A DNA stretch of 46,641 bases from the NCBI GenBank assembly GCA_016839785.1, contig JAEOTQ010000045.1, forward strand, positions 1-46,641, in the 5' to 3' direction. The notes under the pieces were generated by a model. The model saw only the letters and a program-made list of their open reading frames with translations. It did no database searches and was not told the origin of the DNA. The stretch comes from Candidatus Hodarchaeota archaeon. Its GTDB lineage: Archaea; Asgardarchaeota; Heimdallarchaeia; Hodarchaeales; Hodarchaeaceae. Shown here piece after piece: positions 1 through 9,375 of this stretch (its first letter is position 1; each line of letters starts with the position of its first letter). A program made the position numbers and the translations under genes.

Positions 1-201
1 ACTGAGTCTCTAGGTAGCGAAGTAAATTTCTTTATTGACCATCCAGACGACTGGATAGAACGCTTTATTACCGTATCATCAAATAAGAAGGAACAGGAAG
101 CTCAAATAAGCGCAGTAAAGTCAACTTTACTGGATTATTTGGCAAAATTCGTCGAAACATTGAAAATCCCAGAATTGAGTGCATATATGCCTAGAAATTA
201 A
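1..201 (+). CDS. C-terminal fragment of a hypothetical protein (runs in from the window edge)
   Basis: Frame 1 is open from base 1 (TESLGSEVNFFIDHPDDWIERF...AYMPRN) to TAA at 199-201, 15 bp before the DUF58 gene. Not in the ORF track. Confidence 0.7.
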   Translation, partial: TESLGSEVNFFIDHPDDWIERFITVSSNKKEQEAQISAVKSTLLDYLAKFVETLKIPELSAYMPRN

Positions 202-216
202 TTATGAGGACTAATT

Positions 217-1503
217 ATGAATAATTATAAGCAGCTTTTATTCTTAACTACATCCTTATTGATTATTGTTGTCCTTTCTTTGTTAACAGGTTCGCCATCT
301 TTATCTGGACTGGCATTACCCATTTTATGTTATATTTTCTTCTTTTTTCTTACTAAAGAAGTGAATATCGATGGAATCCAAGTAACTCGAGTTATATCAG
401 CTGATCGAGGAACGGTTGGAGATGAAATTGAAGTTAAACTGGTAATCCGAAATCTTGGATCAGCTATTCCTCTTCTTGAAATCGTTGATTTATCAGATGA
501 GAGGTGTACAATATCATCTGGGAGTAATCATTTGCAAGTGCAAATTGCTGAAAATCAGATTATCGAAAGAAAGTATACGCTTAAACTCCATCATCGAGGA
601 AGGTACGCACTCGGTCCATTATTCTTGAAGGGAAGTGATCTTTTCGATAAAAAATCCACCTATAGAAAGATAGAATCTGTTCGGATAATTACTTGTGTTC
701 CTGATTTCATAAAACTTCAGACTTTACCAATATCTCGTGATAAGCTCTTACCAGTAGGTGGATCCATCCCCTCACGAATCTACAAGGGGAGAGATTTTGA
801 TTTCCAAGGAGTACGTCCTTACCAACCAAATGACGAACTCCGTTCAATAAACTGGCGAGTATCAGCTAAGTTCAATTCTCTTGCTACAAATGAGTACGCA
901 TTAAATCAACAGTCTCATATCATAATAATACTAGACCATACCTCCTCAACAGAACATTTACTAGAGGTTTCAATTAAGGCTACTCTATCTATTGCTGAAT
1001 GGGCAATTAGGCAACGTTCCAAGGTCGAACTTCTTGCAATTGGGGATTATGTACGACATATTAAACCTTCTGCAAATAAACGTCAATTATTGCTGATAAC
1101 GGAACGTTTAGTAGATCTTGAAGCAATTTCTCCACAATTTGAAAATATACTAGAGCCTCAAATTGAAAACAGGGTATTCCCTAGATTAACTCAACCAGGT
1201 ATCCTCTTCATAATTTCACCCCTAGTTAACCACACAATAAGTACCGCAACTAAAAAGATAATAGAATCAAGAAAGCAAGTGATATGGGTTAATCCAAGTT
1301 TAGATTATATATATGAAGAAATAGATCCTTCAAAATTGCAAAGAAAAGTATCAAAAGATATGGTTGAGACTTTCACAAACGTATTGACTACTCTCATAAA
1401 AATTAATACACAATACGAGTTTGAAAAAGTACCTAGATTCAATTGGTATCCCCAAGGTCCGGATTATAGTTCATTAAGCTCGTTAAATAAACTGGGTGCG
1501 TAA
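217..1503 (+). CDS. DUF58 domain protein (MoxR/vWA-associated) with N-terminal TM hairpin
   Basis: RGRYALGP, then GRDFDFQGVRPYQPNDELRSINWRVSAK and IILDHTSS match DUF58 motifs. GAGGA RBS-like sequence upstream. Confidence 0.88.
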   Translation: MNNYKQLLFLTTSLLIIVVLSLLTGSPSLSGLALPILCYIFFFFLTKEVNIDGIQVTRVISADRGTVGDEIEVKLVIRNLGSAIPLLEIVDLSDERCTISSGSNHLQVQIAENQIIERKYTLKLHHRGRYALGPLFLKGSDLFDKKSTYRKIESVRIITCVPDFIKLQTLPISRDKLLPVGGSIPSRIYKGRDFDFQGVRPYQPNDELRSINWRVSAKFNSLATNEYALNQQSHIIIILDHTSSTEHLLEVSIKATLSIAEWAIRQRSKVELLAIGDYVRHIKPSANKRQLLLITERLVDLEAISPQFENILEPQIENRVFPRLTQPGILFIISPLVNHTISTATKKIIESRKQVIWVNPSLDYIYEEIDPSKLQRKVSKDMVETFTNVLTTLIKINTQYEFEKVPRFNWYPQGPDYSSLSSLNKLGA

Positions 1504-2103
1504 ATGATGAAATTAAATACGAAGTTATTACTAAGTAAATTGCTTCTCATCACCACTTGGTTACCTTTCGGATACTTCCCCCTTTTTATTGGTATCAGTA
1601 ACTACATCTGGACTAGAGGGTCAGATTTATTACCTGTTTTTTTAACTGAAGTTTTTTTAATAGCTTTAGGTATCAATGGAATACTTGGGATCTTTACCTT
1701 TAAAAAACAAGTTTATGCCAAAGAAATAGCGCTTGCTATCCTTATAATTGGAATCATCACTAATTTGCAAACATCTCTCCTTGCAGCACTGAACGTTACG
1801 TTAGTTTTCTTTTTTTGGAATATTTGGGTATTAGGAGAAAAATATGGACAATTCAACAGCGAATATAATTATCCCAAGAATAGCATTGACAAAGAAGACA
1901 TAAATGGTGCATATCAGCAACAGCTTCAAGGATTCTTCATTATTGGTTGGTTAATTCTACTAGGCTCATGGATGATCATTTTTATTAGTGAGACGATTGT
2001 TGTGGACCTTGGTGCAACGATGACCATCTCTTTATTCTTGGGAGCCATCATCCTTCTCTTAATAATTTTAGCAGAGCGGCTAGCAATTTTTCCGAAATTA
2101 TAA
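1504..2103 (+). CDS. Hypothetical integral membrane protein (about 6 TM), coupled to the DUF58 gene
   Basis: Hydrophobic segments; ATG directly follows the upstream stop (TAAATG). Confidence 0.7.
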   Translation: MMKLNTKLLLSKLLLITTWLPFGYFPLFIGISNYIWTRGSDLLPVFLTEVFLIALGINGILGIFTFKKQVYAKEIALAILIIGIITNLQTSLLAALNVTLVFFFWNIWVLGEKYGQFNSEYNYPKNSIDKEDINGAYQQQLQGFFIIGWLILLGSWMIIFISETIVVDLGATMTISLFLGAIILLLIILAERLAIFPKL

Positions 2104-2171
2104 ATCATCCAATCTCTCATTCAGATATGTTTTTATCATCAAATAAGGGGATATGAGGTATCTTATATCCA

Positions 2172-3575
2172 TTGGATGACAGGATCGGGTTATTTAGAAT
2201 GTCTTGGCTATTGGAAAAGATAAGTGAATTTCAAGTTTTGATATATGTTCAAACAGAAGAAGGAAAATTAGCCCTTTCACGACACAAATTATTGATTCTT
2301 GGCATGTATATTGGAGCATTTGCACTTACATTTCTGCATTTTGCAAATATTCCAACTTATGTTGTTCAAGATATGCAAACAGCAGCAACAGCTGGTGATC
2401 CCATCACCATACCCTCCTCTTCACGTTTAGGGTTAACTATGCTATTCTATTTTTATATTTCTCTTGTTGCGTTTATAACTATCTTTAGAGATGGATCAGT
2501 GCCCAATTTTCTTACTCGTCCTCACTTCCCAGCAATGAGAAGGCGTTACAAAATATTATCAGTCATTTTGGGATTTATATTCATTAACGCAATCTTATTT
2601 GTAAGCTATCTTATCTTAATCTCTTCTTCCCTCCTAATTATAGTCGCTGGCCCCGTCTTGTATGTTGTCTGGACAATTCTAGAACCATTCTTTCTATTAA
2701 GCGGATTAATGGCGATTATCAGAATAATAGAGGCTGATTACCCTCAATCAGGATTTTCATCTCGGGGAAAGCGATCATTAGTAATGCTTTTCATTTTAGG
2801 ATATTTGATCCCGATAATTTTTACCTTTTTTCTAATGGTGACTTCGACAGAAACAGATTTTAGCGAAATAACCATCGCTGGACAGACATTCTCTTTTTAT
2901 AATCCCGCCGTTGACTCATTTTCTCGAACATTTACTTCTATTTTATCTATAACACTGTTGATAATTTTTGTTTGGTGGATCAAAGATAAATTTAGAGATC
3001 CTTCGCCTATAAGAGAAAGAAAGAAGGGTATGCTACCCTGGTTTTTAGGGTTAACTCTTGGTCTAATTATTATAACAGTCGTGCCACTAATTGCCTCAAC
3101 TCGTGGTTCACTTCAAGATCTAACAAGTATCTTAGATATTCTAGGATTATTCACTGCGGTGATAATGGGTGTATGGAACACATTAGGTGTGGAAAGAGTA
3201 GTTGAACCTTTACGTGGTATAAAACGGTTAAATCCTTTCGGATATATTAGTCGACTACATCCGTATACAAAAGCCCTGTTTCTTTTGATAATATCTATGT
3301 TCGCATTTTATTCTTCTATTGAAAGTAGCACAATAGCTTTTTATACAGGAGCTCCAGATGAACTTAAATTACAGAAATTGGAATTACTTGCAGCTTTCAT
3401 AGGAGCCGCCTATCTTATTTTGTTGTGGAGATACAAAGGCCAGCCTCGGTCAACAACTCCTGGATTATTAAGAACTACTCAACATCAAATGGAAGGAGGA
3501 TATGCAAAAATTCGATCATTAATCAGCGGTAACGTTAGTCCCTCGACTCCTTCTTCCTTCGAGGAGGAGGAATAA
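2172..3575 (+). CDS. Hypothetical polytopic membrane protein (about 10 TM); probable start ATG 2199
   Basis: Long ORF with many hydrophobic helices and an acidic tail; no family motif recognised. Confidence 0.7.
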   Translation: MDDRIGLFRMSWLLEKISEFQVLIYVQTEEGKLALSRHKLLILGMYIGAFALTFLHFANIPTYVVQDMQTAATAGDPITIPSSSRLGLTMLFYFYISLVAFITIFRDGSVPNFLTRPHFPAMRRRYKILSVILGFIFINAILFVSYLILISSSLLIIVAGPVLYVVWTILEPFFLLSGLMAIIRIIEADYPQSGFSSRGKRSLVMLFILGYLIPIIFTFFLMVTSTETDFSEITIAGQTFSFYNPAVDSFSRTFTSILSITLLIIFVWWIKDKFRDPSPIRERKKGMLPWFLGLTLGLIIITVVPLIASTRGSLQDLTSILDILGLFTAVIMGVWNTLGVERVVEPLRGIKRLNPFGYISRLHPYTKALFLLIISMFAFYSSIESSTIAFYTGAPDELKLQKLELLAAFIGAAYLILLWRYKGQPRSTTPGLLRTTQHQMEGGYAKIRSLISGNVSPSTPSSFEEEE

Positions 3576-3623
3576 ACTTATCCAGCGATTAATGATGGTT
3601 AATTATGTGAAAAAATTCCTTTC

Positions 3624-4214
3624 TCACTTGTTAGTGGAAATAGTAAGATAAGTACCTTCATCAACGTAAGCCTGTCTAATAATGGTCAGGTTAGCTTGTT
3701 TATGTAATTTTCTCATCTCCAAAGGCGTAAAAAATCTTGATCCCATCCGAAAAAATTTCTCCATGGATTTAATATAATGTCCAAGGGGTCTAGAAGGATC
3801 GAACTCTACAATTAGTGAAAACCCCCGTTTAGGTTCAAGAACTCTTTTTATTTCCTTTAATGCTTCTAGTTGATCGTCCCAATGGTGTAAAGAGTCGATA
3901 GCTATAACACGATCAAAAAAGAACCCCTCGTCGAACGGTAGTTCCTCGGCATACCCAAGTACGGGTCTAGCAGACGGAAATTTCTGTATTGCTTGTTGAA
4001 GCATCGATTGTGAAGGATCTAGAATCCAAACTTGCCTTGCCAAAGGAATTACGGAAGCTACACTCCTTCCAGTTCCAGCTCCTATTTCAAGAACCCGTTC
4101 TTGGCCAGTTAATTTCAATACTTCAATTATTTTTGAGGTAGGATTATCCCTGATGATAAAATCATAAAGTGGACTTGTCAAATCGAAAAAACGCTTGGGA
4201 ATCCTTTTTACCAT
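3624..4214 (-). CDS. Class I SAM-dependent methyltransferase (Methyltransf_11/UbiE-like)
   Basis: VLEIGAGTG motif I, LDPSQSML, AEELPF, SLHHW, ALKEIKRVL. Confidence 0.88.
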   Translation of the reverse strand: MVKRIPKRFFDLTSPLYDFIIRDNPTSKIIEVLKLTGQERVLEIGAGTGRSVASVIPLARQVWILDPSQSMLQQAIQKFPSARPVLGYAEELPFDEGFFFDRVIAIDSLHHWDDQLEALKEIKRVLEPKRGFSLIVEFDPSRPLGHYIKSMEKFFRMGSRFFTPLEMRKLHKQANLTIIRQAYVDEGTYLTISTNK

Positions 4215-4244
4215 CCTAGGTTAGAAGAGATTTGTACTCACTAA

Positions 4245-5561
4245 TTAGTTTGAACTTGTGCTTTCAAGCAAGCGGTTAGTTATTCGTTGTGCTTCATCCT
4301 GAACTCTATCAATATTCATTGTTAAAAATTTACCATCTTGATATACAATTGACCCATCAACGATTGTCATTACGACATGTTCTCTCCCTATAGCATAGCA
4401 CAGATGACTCACTGGATCAATCACAGGTGTTGTTCCTGGGGAGTTAAGATCAAGAATTACTAAATCTGCGGGAGTATTCTCAAGAAGAGTTCCAGAATAA
4501 ACATTACTAGGAAAGAGTGACTCTGCATTACAGGTAGCCATCCTAACTACTTCAGTTGATGTTACAACTGTTGGATCTTTGTAGATTGCTTTATGAATTA
4601 AGGCCTCAAATGACATTTCTTCAAACATATCTAATTTATTATTACTTGCTTGACCATCAGTTGCCAAGCATACATTAATGTTTTCTTTTAACAAGCGAGG
4701 AGTATCAGCTACCCCAGTACCGATTTTTGCATTACTTTTGGGGCAATGGAGAACGTTTACCTGATACTTCCGTAATAATTCATATTCTGACTGAGAAAGA
4801 TGAACGCAATGTGCGGCACTATTAATTGTATCCAATACACCAATTTTCTCCATCCACTCGACAGGTCGAAGAGAATGTGTCTTTTGGGATTCGTTTACCT
4901 CGTATTCCGTTTCATTTAAATGAGTATGTATTGTAGTTTCTCTCTCTCGGGCTTCATCAGCAATGGTTTGGAACCACTCTTTTTCAACAGTATATGGAGC
5001 ATGGGGTCCGAATGCAATCCAGAGTCGATTATTATCCCCATTCCATTTGGTGTGCACATTTTTCGCGTGGTTGAACGCCTCTTCCATAGAGGTTGACTCA
5101 GGATTCCCTGTAAAAAATATACTGGGGGCGAGAACAGCTTTTATTCCTGTTTCGTGAACTGCTCGTGCTATTTGGTCAGAATAAAAGTATTGATCATTGA
5201 ACCCAATAGTACCACTTGAGAACATTTCTGCAATGCCTAGCATTGCTCCCCAGTACGCATCTTCTGGGAGTAAATGTGGTTCTATACTCCAAATATGTTT
5301 TAACCATGTTTGTAAGGGTTTATTTTCCGAAATCCCTCTCTGTAACGTCATAGGAATGTGAGTGTGGGCATTAATCAAGCCTGGAATAATTAATCCTTTT
5401 TCAAAATTGTAATATTCGTGACTAGATGTCTTATAATTTTCTTCACTTTGCTTGGGGCCAGAATAAATTATTTTATCTCCTTCAATGACAATCCGCCCGT
5501 TTTTAACTACCTCTCCAGACAAAGGATAGTAAACCCATTTTCCATCAATAACTAAATCCAT
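4245..5561 (-). CDS. mtaD: Amidohydrolase, 5-methylthioadenosine/S-adenosylhomocysteine deaminase-like
   Basis: PGLINAHTH metal motif, GPHAPYT, HTHLNET, AHCVH, HCPKSNAK, LATDGQASNN. Confidence 0.8.
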   Translation of the reverse strand: MDLVIDGKWVYYPLSGEVVKNGRIVIEGDKIIYSGPKQSEENYKTSSHEYYNFEKGLIIPGLINAHTHIPMTLQRGISENKPLQTWLKHIWSIEPHLLPEDAYWGAMLGIAEMFSSGTIGFNDQYFYSDQIARAVHETGIKAVLAPSIFFTGNPESTSMEEAFNHAKNVHTKWNGDNNRLWIAFGPHAPYTVEKEWFQTIADEARERETTIHTHLNETEYEVNESQKTHSLRPVEWMEKIGVLDTINSAAHCVHLSQSEYELLRKYQVNVLHCPKSNAKIGTGVADTPRLLKENINVCLATDGQASNNKLDMFEEMSFEALIHKAIYKDPTVVTSTEVVRMATCNAESLFPSNVYSGTLLENTPADLVILDLNSPGTTPVIDPVSHLCYAIGREHVVMTIVDGSIVYQDGKFLTMNIDRVQDEAQRITNRLLESTSSN

Positions 5562-5701
5562 GAAAAACCACTAGTGTCATTGGTTTATTTTTCATTCATG
5601 TGATGTAAGTAACATTTTTTGCCTCAATCTTTTTCTTTATAAGAAGAAGAGAATTTTTTGAATCAAATCTGAAAGTGGAACTATCAGTTTGAGGATGTTT
5701 T

Positions 5702-6235
5702 ATGAAAAAAGTATTGCTACTTTCAATTCTTGTCATTGTAGTATATTACTCGTCAGCGTTTCTTTATTATCAATATATCTTACCCTATTCAGTTGGAAAT
5801 GGATCACTCCTAATAAATAATCATTTGGATTATGAAGAAATAGAGTATAATGATCCTGATATTTCCTACAGAGATATGAAAGTTATTATCAAACACATCG
5901 CTGGGGATCCTCTTGAAATTACTTATATTAAATGTTCTGATGATTATAAGGTTAATTTAACGGAAGGATCGGTAAGCTTTACTCATAATTTTGCGGGAAA
6001 TATTTACATTCGATTGTTATATGAGAATTCATCAGCAAATATTAGCTACACAATTATTGATCGAACATCACTATTTGTCCCTAAGTCTGCAACAAAAGCC
6101 TGTACTTCGATGCCTGGAATTATATTCGGTTTCAATATTACATTAGTACTCATCTTCTCTTCCCTTATTTTTGTTTTTGGATATTTTATTATTTTTAAAC
6201 GAGATCTGCTAATTACTAAGTTAAAAAATGGGTGA
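5702..6235 (+). CDS. Hypothetical membrane-anchored surface protein
   Basis: N-terminal hydrophobic helix, beta-rich middle with N-x-S/T sequons, C-terminal TM followed by basic residues. Confidence 0.65.
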   Translation: MKKVLLLSILVIVVYYSSAFLYYQYILPYSVGNGSLLINNHLDYEEIEYNDPDISYRDMKVIIKHIAGDPLEITYIKCSDDYKVNLTEGSVSFTHNFAGNIYIRLLYENSSANISYTIIDRTSLFVPKSATKACTSMPGIIFGFNITLVLIFSSLIFVFGYFIIFKRDLLITKLKNG

Positions 6236-7665
6236 ACATAATGATAAAGAAAGAATCTTGGTTACTTGGGATTTCAATAAGTTTAATATTCTCTTTAAAT
6301 CTTGGATTAATATTATATGATCCTAGCACCGATAAAGTACCATTAATGATAAAAACAACGAAAATAGAATTGAATCTTAACTCAGATATGAACACTGAAT
6401 TTAATGGAACTCTTATTTGGAAGAACACATCTCCAACCGCCTTTATTCATCATGTGATCGCAGCAGATTTAAATGGCGATGGAGTAGATGATGCTGTCGC
6501 ACGAGATCATGAAACACATGTTTATGCCTTGAATGGAGTTTCTGGAGAAGAGCTCTGGATAAACAACGCACCCACTGATCTAATTCGGTCTATATCAGTC
6601 GGTGACATTAATAACGATGGTTCGTACGATGCACTTGTGGGTGAATGGGGAGGAATGGTTTACGTGGTTGAAGGAGAATCAGGTTCAATTTTATGGAATA
6701 ATACGGATACAAATCAGAAAATATTCTCCCTTTCGACTGGAGATTTTAATCAGGATAATTTCGATGATGTTGTAGCTGGAAGTTGGGAGAAAAAAGTATT
6801 AGCGATCGATGGTAAGACTGGTAATACCTTATGGAACTACTCTAGTCCGACAGAGTTCATCTTACCTGTTTCAGTAGGAGATTTCAATAATGATGGATTT
6901 GATGATGTCGTTGCTGGAAGCCTTGATGGGAAAATTTATGCCTTGAATGGAAGTAATGGGGAAATTCTATGGATTAATACCGATCAAGATGAAGCAACGA
7001 TATCAATCGCCATTGGAGATTTCAATAATGACTCAACTGATGATATTTTGATAGGTTGTTTATCTAATTTAAAGGTTTACACAATCGATGGAAAAACAGG
7101 ATTCACTATGTGGAATAAAACGGATATTGGTTCAGTTCAATCGGTAGCTGTAGGAGATTTCAACAATGATGATGTTGATGATGCATTAGTTGGAAGTACT
7201 GATACTAATATTTATGCTTTCGATGGTCTGACGGGGAATCAGATTTGGAATAATACTACGCCTGAAAATGAAGTAATCTCTGTCGCAGTGGGTGATTTTG
7301 ATGGCAATGGAGTAAATGATGCTCTTGCTGGCTCTTATGATACAAATATTTACGTTTTCAGAGGTATTAATGGAGAAATCATGTGGAAAACGGAAGACCC
7401 CACTGATTGGGTTGTATCAGTAGATGTTGGTGATTTTAATGGAGACAAAGTAGATGATATACTAGCTGGGGGATATGATAAGTCTATCTATACTTTTACA
7501 TTAATGGAATCTAGCACAACAACAGAAACCAGTTCATCATCCAGTTCATCAGAGAGTAATGGGTTAACTTCGACAACAACTACATCAAATGATGCTAGCT
7601 GGACAATTCCGATTTTTCTTATCACTCTTGTATTACTTAATCTCATAAAACGTAAATATTATTGA
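6232..7665 (+). CDS. Secreted FG-GAP/PQQ-like 8-repeat beta-propeller protein with Ser/Thr linker and C-terminal membrane anchor
   Basis: Eight repeats of about 46 aa, each with GDxN/DxDGxDD and most with GxxLW/IW/MW; S/T tract; TM + KRK. Probable ATG at 6241. Confidence 0.85.
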   Translation: MNIMIKKESWLLGISISLIFSLNLGLILYDPSTDKVPLMIKTTKIELNLNSDMNTEFNGTLIWKNTSPTAFIHHVIAADLNGDGVDDAVARDHETHVYALNGVSGEELWINNAPTDLIRSISVGDINNDGSYDALVGEWGGMVYVVEGESGSILWNNTDTNQKIFSLSTGDFNQDNFDDVVAGSWEKKVLAIDGKTGNTLWNYSSPTEFILPVSVGDFNNDGFDDVVAGSLDGKIYALNGSNGEILWINTDQDEATISIAIGDFNNDSTDDILIGCLSNLKVYTIDGKTGFTMWNKTDIGSVQSVAVGDFNNDDVDDALVGSTDTNIYAFDGLTGNQIWNNTTPENEVISVAVGDFDGNGVNDALAGSYDTNIYVFRGINGEIMWKTEDPTDWVVSVDVGDFNGDKVDDILAGGYDKSIYTFTLMESSTTTETSSSSSSSESNGLTSTTTTSNDASWTIPIFLITLVLLNLIKRKYY

Positions 7666-7698
7666 AATGTAGAGTGATCAATCACTCTTCAATTCAAT
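7661..7698. promoter_or_regulatory. 18-bp imperfect inverted repeat (terminator-like hairpin or operator)
   Basis: ATTGAAATGTAGAGTGAT-CA-ATCACTCTTCAATTCAAT, 16/18 complementary. Overlaps the stop of the propeller gene. Confidence 0.5.
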
Positions 7699-7813
7699 TC
7701 GATCAAAGTTATAAAGATATAAATAAGAAAAGGAATCATTCCTCAATAATCAACAAAGTTTTGATTTTTAATATCAAACAATAATCCACTCCTTCTTAAC
7801 GTGTGATTATACC

Positions 7814-8365
7814 ATGGTAGATCGGAAAAATCTTGAACAACTATCAGAATCTGAACTAAACAAGCTATATCAGGAGAAGAAGTCTGAATATGACGAACGC
7901 TCTGGAAAATATAAGAGGATTCAAGATTTATTGAGGAAAAGGGTGACTATAAAACAAAAGATGATTCAAAAATATCAATCAGAATCCGATCTACTTCGAG
8001 TGAAACATCCTGAGGTAAACATCGCCAAACAAGACTTTGACGACAATCCCCAATTTTTGAGAGAGAGTATTCAAAAACACACCACTATCCTTCTGAATCT
8101 TCAAACTCACCAAATTCAGATTAAAAAATAGCTAAAAGATATTAGTCTAGAATTTGCCAAACTTCAAGCCCAGGAGAAATTTCTACAACAAGAAGTAGAT
8201 GATTTAATTTCTCTCAATGATGAACTAGGTCAAAGTGTTGAAGATCAATCTGAAAAAATGCAACTAGCCGTAATTACATCTGAATACCAATCAACCCATG
8301 ATCTTTTAGATACAATAACATTGGAGATCGAACATTTACATAAAAGATTACATGATAGGAGCTAA
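7814..8365 (+). CDS. Coiled-coil protein interrupted by one in-frame TAG (8129-8131); readthrough/recoded CDS or pseudogene, 183 codons
   Basis: After ...QIQIKK-TAG the same frame continues LKDISLEFAKLQAQEKFLQQEVDDL...HKRLHDRS to TAA 8363-8365, 6 bp before the next ATG. Confidence 0.7.
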
Positions 8366-8371
8366 TATACT

Positions 8372-9352
8372 ATGCCTTCACAAGTCGATGAGATCCTTAC
8401 GCTCCATTCCCAATTAGAAAAATTATCAGCTAATCATCTCCAAACGAAATATGATTTAACTCAAGAGCTCAAAGAGCTTACTCAGAAAGAAGAATCATTT
8501 AAAACTGAAATCGATGGATTGAAGGACGCAGTGGATCGACTTCAGACTGAATCAAAGCCTGAACGAAAGACTGAAGATATAACTAAGCTAATTATTACCA
8601 TCAATGATTTAGAAAACGAAATAGCAGACAATGAATTGCAAAATTCAGAGTTGGAATCAGAATTAACCCTCAAAAAGACCGAACACGGAATTCTAGTAAA
8701 TAAAATCAAAATTTTACAGAGTGAAAAAGAACAACTCGAAGATTCTAGCAACCAGAAAAAAGCAGAACGTTCCCGCGCTGAAAAAGCTAGCGTCAAAGTA
8801 CGTAGCGAACGAGAAAAATTGAATAAATTACGAAGACAAATTGAGAGAAAAGAGGAAATAAAAAAGAATTTAGAATCAGCAACACAAACAATCAGTTTAA
8901 TAGAACAGGTTATAACAACAACTTCACCTATTGCTGATTCAGATGAGAATGAAGTCCCACAAGAGGTATCCAAAGAGATAAAGGATTTAATCTTCAATTC
9001 AAAACAAAGTTTTGATGAAGCGCAAACAAAATTCTCTTCCACAGATCTGACACCCTACCTACTTGATGCAGATAAGGCATATAAACTCGGAATTAAAGCT
9101 TTCATTTTATTGTGTGACAAGTTACTGGACAAGATTATTGATCAACCTTTTATTGATCAAGTATTCGAAATTGTTAACTATGGTTTAATTCTCAACACCC
9201 GTCATCTTAACGCAGTGGATGCGATGCTCCAAAAACTGGAAAAAGGTGTTGAGATTGCACCTTTAGCGAGTTTTGCAAATGAAGTTAGGGATTATTTCTC
9301 TGAGAATTTATCTTTACTTGGGCTAACGGGTAATATTCAAGATCTGGAATAA
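8372..9352 (+). CDS. Long coiled-coil protein with helical C-terminal globular domain
   Basis: About 180 aa of E/K/L/Q heptad-like sequence, then a helical domain. AGGAG upstream. Confidence 0.75.
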   Translation: MPSQVDEILTLHSQLEKLSANHLQTKYDLTQELKELTQKEESFKTEIDGLKDAVDRLQTESKPERKTEDITKLIITINDLENEIADNELQNSELESELTLKKTEHGILVNKIKILQSEKEQLEDSSNQKKAERSRAEKASVKVRSEREKLNKLRRQIERKEEIKKNLESATQTISLIEQVITTTSPIADSDENEVPQEVSKEIKDLIFNSKQSFDEAQTKFSSTDLTPYLLDADKAYKLGIKAFILLCDKLLDKIIDQPFIDQVFEIVNYGLILNTRHLNAVDAMLQKLEKGVEIAPLASFANEVRDYFSENLSLLGLTGNIQDLE

Positions 9353-9375
9353 AAAAAATAGAAAAAGAGTGGAAA

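Noticed and set aside
6400-7500. Periodic DNA repeats (GGAGATTT(C/T)AA... about every 138 bp) as a possible CRISPR array
   Set aside because: They are degenerate in-frame coding repeats of the propeller blades, not identical repeats with unique spacers.
8542-9042. 166-aa minus-strand ORF
   Set aside because: Antisense shadow of the coiled-coil gene; its S/F/L-rich composition is what E/K codons give on the opposite strand.
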